Shown here: piece by piece, positions 16,587 through 23,524 of the stretch
How positions within the stretch are numbered: position 1 is the first letter of the stretch
How the letters are laid out: every line of letters starts with the position of its first letter
Virus record (IMG/VR): IMGVR_UViG_2928125067_000004
Coordinates: 1,947 to 65,946 of that record
DNA length: 64,000 nucleotides
From: a virus
Taxonomy: Duplodnaviria; Caudoviricetes
Reading direction: 5' to 3' (one strand)
The notes under the pieces: generated by a model
The model's database searches: none
What the model saw: the letters and a program-made list of their open reading frames with translations, nothing else
Told to the model about the DNA's origin: nothing
Made by a program: the position numbers and the translations under genes

Positions 16587-19166
16587 CTAAGCCCGATCCA
16601 TGTCCATCTGCGCGCGGCCCTTGGAGACGGTCGTCTCCCGGAACAGGCCGCCCGTGTCGGCCCGGTGCGTCATGCCGGCGGGCGCGTTGTCGAACTTGAT
16701 GTGCAGAGTGCCCTTCCGGTCGACCGGCCCGCCGGGCATCTGCATGCCCGGTCCGCCACCGGGCGCACCCTTCCCGTAGAAGCGGTCCATCAGCGCGTCC
16801 CCGACCGGAGCCTTCGCGGCGGTCTTGCTGGCCTCCCTGGCCTCGTTGGCCCGGTCGACCAAGCCGTCGCGGTGAGCCCGCCCGACCCAATCGGGCGCGT
16901 TCGCGGAACGCCCGCCGGCGCCCCACGCCATCGATGGACCGCCGCCGATGTGGATGCCGTGCTCGCCCATGTAGCCGGGCCCGGCCCCGACGCCGGTGGC
17001 CCCGTTGCGCACGGTCCCGCGGATGAAGCCCTCCATGACCTTGCGGTCGGCGGGATCGTTCATCGACAGGTAGTGCCGCTGGCCCTCGGGCCCGACCGTG
17101 TAAAGCCGGACGTCGGCTGACTGGCCGCCGTCGTGGCGGTGACTGCCCGTCCGGTGGCGACCGTGAGCATCCTGGCCGCCGGAGTAGATCTCCGCGTTCA
17201 CGGCCGCATCCTTGGCCGCTTTGGCCAGCTGGTCGCGCAGCTCGTCCGTGATGGCCTGCCGGCGGATGCCGCCGCCCTGGCGCTGATCGACGCCACCGAC
17301 GCCGTCGACCGGCGCCACGTCCGCGCCGCTGCGCGACAGCGGGCCGGAGCCCGCCCCGCCGCCTCGGCCGAGCGCAGCCTCGGCAGCCCGCTGCAGCGTG
17401 TCATCCTTGTACAGCAGGTTCGACGGCCCGTGCTCCTGCCACAGCAGGCCGCGGAGGAACTTCTGCATCTGCGCCGGGTCGCGCAGGTCGAGCTTGTCGT
17501 TCGGGCCGATCCCCATCGTCTTGGCGATGTTGGCCGGCGCCGTCGGATGGCCCGGCGTCCAGCCGTTGGTCCCGGCGATGATCTTCTGGAGCGTGTCAGC
17601 CCCGCCATCAAACTTTGTCAGGGCGAGGCGGGCCGCCGCGCGCATGCCGGCCTCGGGGCTGTTGAACACGATCTGGGGCGAGCCCTGATCGGTGTTCTGC
17701 GAGGGCCCGACCATGCCCGGGAAGTTGCGGCGCTGCCACTCCGAGCCGGAGTACTTCAGGTTCCCCGGGTTGTTGTTGCGCATGCCTGCCGGCAGGCGGG
17801 AGACGTCGACGTCCTGGCCGAAGTAGTCCTTCGGCTCCTGCGCTTGAGGAGCCTCGCCCAACGGGCCGGTTCCGGGCGTGACAGGGCCGCTGCCGCGCTG
17901 GATCGCGCCCGCGTGCGGGAGCGGAGCGCGCGGAGACGCTCCGCCGGAATAGCTGCCGCCACCACCGCCGGATCCGCCGCCACCGAACCCGCCGCCGCCG
18001 CCACCGCCGCTGCCACCGAACCCGCCGCCGCCCCAGGCGGCCTTCTGGATCAGCGACCCGCCGCCGCCCGTGGACCCGCCGAAGCTGGAGGGACTGACGC
18101 TCGCTCCGCCGTTCTCCCGGACTTTCTGCAGCTCGTCGGCGACCCGCTTCAGCTCCTCGACCATCCGATCGTGCTTGCGCTGGTAGTCCGCCCCGCGCGG
18201 GCCGGCCTCCAGGAGCTTGAGCTGCTGTTCGACCTGGGCGCGGCGGCCCTCCAGCTTGTCCCGCGGGGTCGCCTCGGGCCCGCCGAACGGGGAGATCTGA
18301 TTGCGGAGCGCCTGCTCGCCCTCGTTGCCGCGCAGCCCGTTCTTCTCGGCGTCCTCGATCAGGTCGGCCGTGCCCTTGAGCATCGGCCCGAGGACCTTGA
18401 GCTTCAGCCGCTCGGCCGCGGCGCCGATCCGGCCCATGCTCTGCTCGAAGCGGGCGGCCGCCTCCTCGGTCTGCTTGTCGAGGTGCCCGACCTCTTTCTG
18501 GACCTGGGCCAACGCCTCGGAGAACTTGCCCGTCATCGACCCGGCGATGCGGGCGATGTCGTCGGTGCCGAACAGCATCCGCGACACGCGCCGACGCACC
18601 TCCGGCTCCGGGATCGCCTGGATCCCGTCGACGGCGCGCTTGAGCGCCTCGTCCATGTTGGGCGCGTTGACCAGGTCCTCGGCGAGCTTGCCGAGGTTCA
18701 TCGCCTGGAGGCCGGAGTAGGCCTCACCCCAGCGCCGGCGTAGGTCGAACATCGACGTCGCGAAGGACGCGACCGAGCTCTTCATGCTGTCGGCCGACAC
18801 GCCGAACCGCTCGCCGAGCGCCCCGAACGCGCGCAGCTTGTCGACCGCCACGCCGGTTTCCCGGGACAGCATCGACAGCTGCTGCGTCGAGCCGCTGAAG
18901 CCGCGCAGCGCCGACACCATGCCGGTGATCGACATGGCCGCGCCGAAGCCCGTCACACCGACGGCCGCGAAGATCGGATCGAAGCCGCGCAGGACGCCCT
19001 GGAACTTGCCGACCTCCTCCCGGACGCCGACCCAGTCCTTCTTCCAGGTCGCGCCCTGCTTGGTCGTCTCGTCGCCGACCCGCTTGATGCCCTTCTCGAG
19101 CTTGGACAGCGGTCCGGTGAACTGATCCTCGACGGTGGCGACGATCCTGAGCTTGTCGTCAGCCAT
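16587..19166 (-). CDS. Tape measure protein with C-terminal muralytic-like domains
   Basis: Helical N half; position after the tail chaperone; MRNNNPGNL lysozyme-like motif and SHRHDGGQSADV...HIH peptidase M15-like motif. Confidence 0.88.
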   Translation of the reverse strand: MADDKLRIVATVEDQFTGPLSKLEKGIKRVGDETTKQGATWKKDWVGVREEVGKFQGVLRGFDPIFAAVGVTGFGAAMSITGMVSALRGFSGSTQQLSMLSRETGVAVDKLRAFGALGERFGVSADSMKSSVASFATSMFDLRRRWGEAYSGLQAMNLGKLAEDLVNAPNMDEALKRAVDGIQAIPEPEVRRRVSRMLFGTDDIARIAGSMTGKFSEALAQVQKEVGHLDKQTEEAAARFEQSMGRIGAAAERLKLKVLGPMLKGTADLIEDAEKNGLRGNEGEQALRNQISPFGGPEATPRDKLEGRRAQVEQQLKLLEAGPRGADYQRKHDRMVEELKRVADELQKVRENGGASVSPSSFGGSTGGGGSLIQKAAWGGGGFGGSGGGGGGGFGGGGSGGGGGSYSGGASPRAPLPHAGAIQRGSGPVTPGTGPLGEAPQAQEPKDYFGQDVDVSRLPAGMRNNNPGNLKYSGSEWQRRNFPGMVGPSQNTDQGSPQIVFNSPEAGMRAAARLALTKFDGGADTLQKIIAGTNGWTPGHPTAPANIAKTMGIGPNDKLDLRDPAQMQKFLRGLLWQEHGPSNLLYKDDTLQRAAEAALGRGGGAGSGPLSRSGADVAPVDGVGGVDQRQGGGIRRQAITDELRDQLAKAAKDAAVNAEIYSGGQDAHGRHRTGSHRHDGGQSADVRLYTVGPEGQRHYLSMNDPADRKVMEGFIRGTVRNGATGVGAGPGYMGEHGIHIGGGPSMAWGAGGRSANAPDWVGRAHRDGLVDRANEAREASKTAAKAPVGDALMDRFYGKGAPGGGPGMQMPGGPVDRKGTLHIKFDNAPAGMTHRADTGGLFRETTVSKGRAQMDMDRA

Positions 19167-19619
19167 CCTCGTCCTCGCGTGGAGCGGGGCGCGGCATCAG
19201 CGCCAGGGTGCGGGCCATCAGGTGGGTCACGGTCGCCGCCGGCATCGCGGCCGGCGGATCGCGAAACGGCCACGCGTGGAACGCGAGGCCTAGACGGAGA
19301 CAGTCGTCGACGGCATCGGCGGCAGGGCCGCCCACACGAAAAAACGGCTGAGGATGGTCCCCAGCTGCAGGATGTCACGCGCGCCGATCTTCATCAGCAC
19401 CGGCGGCGGCGTCGCGGACAGACTGGCGACCAGCGGGAAGAACTGGTCGGCCGACAGCCCTTCCAGGAGACCGAACTTGAGGACCTCCTCGCCTGTGGGC
19501 TCGCGCAGGATCAGCACCTGCAGCGTGTCCTGGCCGACGACGATGGGCTTGGCGAGCGGATGCTCCAGCGGCCAGGAGATCTCGCGCGGATCGCGGGCGG
19601 GGGGCGTGGTGTCCGTCAT
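19159..19619 (-). CDS. Predicted -1 frameshifted extended chaperone (G-T/E-E' type, ~153 aa)
   Basis: In-frame slippery heptamer T TTT TTC at 19344-19338; the -1 frame is open to TGA 19159-19161, overlapping the tape-measure ATG. Confidence 0.8.
19290..19619 (-). CDS. Tail assembly chaperone (Mu gp41/gpE-like)
   Basis: PLEHPL...LILREPTG motif; between tube and tape measure. Confidence 0.85.
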   Translation of the reverse strand: MTDTTPPARDPREISWPLEHPLAKPIVVGQDTLQVLILREPTGEEVLKFGLLEGLSADQFFPLVASLSATPPPVLMKIGARDILQLGTILSRFFVWAALPPMPSTTVSV

Positions 19620-19627
19620 CGCCGCGC

Positions 19628-19987
19628 TCACAGCTCGTCGCAGGAGAGGCCGCGCCACTCGACGGCGACCTTACCGTCGGCGGTGCCGATCTCGTGCGCA
19701 CCGGCCGACCACGCGCCGGACAGGATGTAGTTCTTGCCGTTGGCGAGCTGAGCGGTGACCGTGATGTCCGTCATCGCGTCGAGCTCGGCGACGGACAGGC
19801 CATCGGTCGTCGACAGGTCGGCCTTGATGAAGGGCACGAGCTGCGTCTCGATGAAGCCGTGCACGCCGTCCTGCCCGGCCACGGGCTCGCGCTTGATCCG
19901 CGAGGGCGAGACGATCAGGCCGCCGCGCAGATCGTACATCTTGCCGGCCGCCGTCAGGTAGGCGGTACCGGCGAACCTCTGACCCAT
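19628..19987 (-). CDS. Tail tube protein (Mu gpM-like)
   Basis: RFAGTAYL...REPVAGQDGVHGF...ITVTAQLANGKNY pattern; follows the sheath. Confidence 0.88.
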   Translation of the reverse strand: MGQRFAGTAYLTAAGKMYDLRGGLIVSPSRIKREPVAGQDGVHGFIETQLVPFIKADLSTTDGLSVAELDAMTDITVTAQLANGKNYILSGAWSAGAHEIGTADGKVAVEWRGLSCDEL

Positions 19988-19999
19988 GGTCGGGCCTCC

Positions 20000-20027
20000 A
20001 AAGAAAAACCCGCCACGAAGGGCGGGT
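20000..20027 (-). terminator. Intrinsic terminator between sheath and tube genes
   Basis: Minus strand ACCCGCC-CTTCGT-GGCGGGT-TTTTCTTT. Confidence 0.75.
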
Positions 20028-20055
20028 CAGGTTGCTGGGATGGGTGGAGGACCGA

Positions 20056-21579
20056 TCAGGCCGCGGCGGCCAGCGGGAATTGCAGGCGGAACTGCGCCTT
20101 GATGTTCATCCGCCGCAGCTGGTTCACGATGTCCGGCGGATCGAGGATCTCGATGGTGTTCTGCTCGGTGGTCGATCGCGTGACCGACAGGTTCGCGATG
20201 TAGAGGTCGGCGTTCTCGACGAGGCCGTCGAGTTCCATGCCCCGATAATCCGAGACCATCTGCCCCTTGATCATCAGCGGGGTGACGATCGGCTTGCCGG
20301 TGCCGAACTTGGTCCCGTCGTTGGCGAGCGCGTGACGCGGGAACTTGTTCGTCAGCGACTGCCGCACCCGAGTGTAGCGCTCGTCGAGGGTGGCCAGCGT
20401 CGTCACCAGCTCGTAGGCGTTGTCGGCCTGCCCGTAGGCGTTCTTCTGGTAGGCCGTCTGCTCCCGCAGGATCACCGGCTGGTTCGTGGACCCGCCGTAG
20501 ATGTCCGTGCCCTGGATGGCGATGCCGACCTGGGCGAGCGAGTTGAGCTGCGCCTTGTTCCAGCGGTAGTCCGCCGGCGCCGGCAGCACGCCGATCAGCG
20601 GCAGGGTCTGGAGCGGCTGGGCCGGGTAGGCGTTGATCGAGAACGCGGCCGCGGCGGTGTAGGCCGCCGTCCACTCCCAGCCCGGGCTTGGGCTCTGGGT
20701 CTCGAAGCCCATGGGCGAGATCAGCGCGGAGTTGTTCGACTGCCCCCACAGGAAGGTGTCAGCGTAGGTGCCGCGGCGCGCCGAGAAGATCTGACCGTAG
20801 CTCTGGCGGTAGGGCCCCCAGCGTCCGGAGTCGGTGAAGCCGTACTCCTGGTCCCACACCGCGAAGGAGCCGCTGTCGTGGAACGGCAGGCCGACGAACT
20901 TGTACGGCCGATCGCCGATCGCCGCGATCGCGCTGGTGAAGTCCGGCGTGCCGGTCCCGCCCGCGAGCAGGTTGCCGGTCGGATAGGTCAGCGACAGGCC
21001 GGCCGGCAGCTGCTCGCCCCCGTAGGTGCCGCGATAGCTGTCGAGCACGGTCACGCTGTTGCCGGTCAGCCCCTTCCACTTGCAGGTCAGGGTGACGACG
21101 GCGCCGGCCGCGGTCGCGGTGACCGGCAGGTCCGTGGTGGCCTGGATCGCGGCGGCGATCTTGGTGGCCACCGTCGCGGTCGTGTCGGCGGAGACGATCG
21201 CCACCGGGACGAGCTGGCCGGCGACGTACAGCGCGAGCGTGCCCGCCACCGTGGGGGCGGCAGCCACCGTGATCGTGCCGGTGGCGGCGACGCCGGCGGC
21301 CGGCTCCGGCACCGGCAGGCAGATGATCGGCACGCTCGTGACGCCCTTGAAGGCCGTCTTGAACATGCGCGCGAGCATCGAGCCCGGGCCGAAGGCGATA
21401 TCGGCGTCGGCGTTGGTGCCGCAGGCCACCGCCTTGTTCGGCGGGACGTTGGCGGCCGCGGTCGGGTGGCCGACGAGCAGCATCCACTTCGGCGCGACCG
21501 GGGTGCCGGCCTGCGAGGGGTCGAACTGCGTGTTCGGGCCCGGGATCTTGTAGTTGTCCGGGATCGTGGTGATGCCCAT
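20056..21579 (-). CDS. Contractile tail sheath protein (Mu gpL-like)
   Basis: FGPGSMLARM, AAGVAATGTITV, TCKWKGLTGN, TTLATL and PDIVNQLR motifs. Confidence 0.93.
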   Translation of the reverse strand: MGITTIPDNYKIPGPNTQFDPSQAGTPVAPKWMLLVGHPTAAANVPPNKAVACGTNADADIAFGPGSMLARMFKTAFKGVTSVPIICLPVPEPAAGVAATGTITVAAAPTVAGTLALYVAGQLVPVAIVSADTTATVATKIAAAIQATTDLPVTATAAGAVVTLTCKWKGLTGNSVTVLDSYRGTYGGEQLPAGLSLTYPTGNLLAGGTGTPDFTSAIAAIGDRPYKFVGLPFHDSGSFAVWDQEYGFTDSGRWGPYRQSYGQIFSARRGTYADTFLWGQSNNSALISPMGFETQSPSPGWEWTAAYTAAAAFSINAYPAQPLQTLPLIGVLPAPADYRWNKAQLNSLAQVGIAIQGTDIYGGSTNQPVILREQTAYQKNAYGQADNAYELVTTLATLDERYTRVRQSLTNKFPRHALANDGTKFGTGKPIVTPLMIKGQMVSDYRGMELDGLVENADLYIANLSVTRSTTEQNTIEILDPPDIVNQLRRMNIKAQFRLQFPLAAAA

Positions 21580-21585
21580 CGCGGC

Positions 21586-21816
21586 TTACTCCTGCGAGGC
21601 GGCAGGCGCGGCGGCGCCGGCGGTTGCGGGGGTGCCGGCGTCGTGCAGGTCCTCGAGGAGGCGGATCGCGCCCTCGTCCCGGAGCCGGAAGGTGAACTGG
21701 TCGGCCGGCCAGCGGGCGGTGCCGTCCGTCTCGAAGCCGATCTGCGACGGGAAGTGCTTGAGCACGCGGAAGCGCGCCTCGGTCGCCTCGACGGCGACCG
21801 TGGTTTCACCGGCCAT
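21586..21816 (-). CDS. Small protein before the sheath (Mu gp38/DUF2635-like)
   Basis: WPADQFTFRLRDEGAI motif; position. Confidence 0.65.
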   Translation of the reverse strand: MAGETTVAVEATEARFRVLKHFPSQIGFETDGTARWPADQFTFRLRDEGAIRLLEDLHDAGTPATAGAAAPAASQE

Positions 21817-21853
21817 GGCTGTGTCCTCGGAGAAGGGAGCGGCGCGGGCCGGC

Positions 21854-22444
21854 TCAGGTCGTGGGGATGTCGATCTTGAGCCCGATCAAGGGCGTGCCCG
21901 GGCCGGCACCGGCCGGGCGGGCGGTGATGACGACGTGCTCGAGGACGTCATCGAGGTCCGGCTCGTAGTTCGTGCGGAACTGGAAGGTGATCTCCAGGCG
22001 CCCTTCCGCGAAGTACGTGGCGCCCTCCTGCGGGAACAGGCGGCCGCGCCGGACCTTCGTGACCGCCTCGAACAGCGGCCAGCGGTCGGGGTCGTCCATC
22101 GCTTTCGACGGGTCGACGCCGCGCACGAAGGTCGGATCCTGCAGGAGCCGCTTACGGATCCCGTTGGTCGCCGCGTCGAGCGCCTCGTCGAGCTGCTCGG
22201 GCGGCATCTCGTCGACGCAGTACGAGATCCCGATCGTGACCTCGTTCATGAACCGCGGCTGGCCGCAGTTGGCCTCGTCCTCGGGCGACTCCAACTCGTC
22301 GACGATCACCACCAGGAGGGCGGGGAGCTCTTCTTCCTGGAGCTGCGGGCGGACTTGGCGCCGGAAGCCGATCACCGGCAGCCAGTCCTGGCCCGTGAGG
22401 CGTTCGATGATCGCCTCGCGGATCTTGGTGGCCTCCGACGACAT
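21854..22444 (-). CDS. Probable tail terminator/completion protein
   Basis: Starts MSSEATKIREAIIERL; position between head-tail joining protein and sheath. Confidence 0.65.
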   Translation of the reverse strand: MSSEATKIREAIIERLTGQDWLPVIGFRRQVRPQLQEEELPALLVVIVDELESPEDEANCGQPRFMNEVTIGISYCVDEMPPEQLDEALDAATNGIRKRLLQDPTFVRGVDPSKAMDDPDRWPLFEAVTKVRRGRLFPQEGATYFAEGRLEITFQFRTNYEPDLDDVLEHVVITARPAGAGPGTPLIGLKIDIPTT

Positions 22445-22800
22445 CACGCCCCCTTGGATTTTCGCTTCAGGGTGAGCGTCGCCCCGCCCTGGCCGTCCTT
22501 GTCGACGTCGTCGATCCAGAGCGTGCCCTCGTCCGGGTATGAGCCGGCGGCGGGAACGCGGACCGCCATCCCCTGGGCCGGCGCGACGACCCAGTCGGCC
22601 AGCCGGATCCCGAGGGTGATCGTGACGGTGTTCAGGCTCTGCTGGCCCGGACCCATCTCGACGTTGACGTTGCGCGTGGTCCACACACCCGTCGTGTCGA
22701 ACGGCGGGCGCACGGGCTTCGAGGCCAGCGGCGTGACGGTGACCGGGCGGCCGAACGTGGCGATGCCGGGCCCCAGCGCCAGCGCGGCGAAGTCGATCAC
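22444..22800 (-). CDS. Head-tail joining protein (lambda gpFII-like)
   Basis: FGRPVTV...DDVDKDGQGGATLTL pattern; position after the capsid genes. Confidence 0.7.
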   Translation of the reverse strand: MIDFAALALGPGIATFGRPVTVTPLASKPVRPPFDTTGVWTTRNVNVEMGPGQQSLNTVTITLGIRLADWVVAPAQGMAVRVPAAGSYPDEGTLWIDDVDKDGQGGATLTLKRKSKGA

Positions 22801-23021
22801 GCGGGGGCCTGCGCCTTGACCTTGGCGGCGGCCTTCGCCTCGGCGGGGGCGGCATCGTCGACGCCCGCCTCGAAGCGGCGGATCACCTGCTCCTGGATGC
22901 GGCGCTCGGTGAAGGCGTCGTGCGTCCAGTCGTTGCCCTCGGCCGCGAGCGGGCCGTCGACGGGGTGGACGAGGCCGACGTGCTCTTCGGCCGTCGGCAG
23001 GACCTTGATCATGGCGGTCAT
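22797..23021 (-). CDS. Small protein paralogous to 21586-21816
   Basis: WTHDAFTERRIQE resembles WPADQFTFRLRDE; Ala/Lys-rich tail. Confidence 0.6.
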   Translation of the reverse strand: MTAMIKVLPTAEEHVGLVHPVDGPLAAEGNDWTHDAFTERRIQEQVIRRFEAGVDDAAPAEAKAAAKVKAQAPA

Positions 23022-23086
23022 GGCTGGCTCCGGATCAGATCGGGTCGGATAGGAGCGCCCGGCGGCGATCACCGGGCGCGCAGGCG

Positions 23087-23425
23087 TCAGGACGCGGACT
23101 GGCCGAGCAGCACGTTCCCGACGGACGACGGGTTGGCGGCGGCGTCCGACGCCCAGCCCACCGGCAGGAGCGAACCGGAGTTCACGTTGGTCACGACGCT
23201 GTTGGCGGCGTCCCAGTAGAGGGCGTCGCCCTGCGCCCACGCCTGCGCGTTGGTCTTGGGCAGCGAGTAGACGCCCTTGCGCCAGAGCGCGAAGACGGTG
23301 CCGGCCGACACGGTCTCGGAGACGACGCCGAAGATCTTGCCGACGACGAGGGGCTGGCTCGAGACCACGCCGCCGGCGGGCGCCGGCACGTAGATCGCGT
23401 CGCCGCGCTGGATGTAGTTCTGCAT
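23087..23425 (-). CDS. DUF2190-family capsid-associated protein
   Basis: MQNYIQRGDAI...GGVVS...GVYSLPK...WAQGDALYWD signature. Confidence 0.85.
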   Translation of the reverse strand: MQNYIQRGDAIYVPAPAGGVVSSQPLVVGKIFGVVSETVSAGTVFALWRKGVYSLPKTNAQAWAQGDALYWDAANSVVTNVNSGSLLPVGWASDAAANPSSVGNVLLGQSAS

Positions 23426-23524
23426 GGTTCGGGTTCCGGTGGCTCGAATGTGGAGCGGCCGGCGCTCGAGGGTCGAGGCCGGCCGCGCGGGATCGGGTCA
23501 GATCAGCGCTACGAGGGCGCCCGA

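Noticed and set aside
17935-18070. ccgccgccg-type repeats
   Set aside because: They encode the Gly/Ser linker of the tape measure; not a CRISPR or DNA-level array
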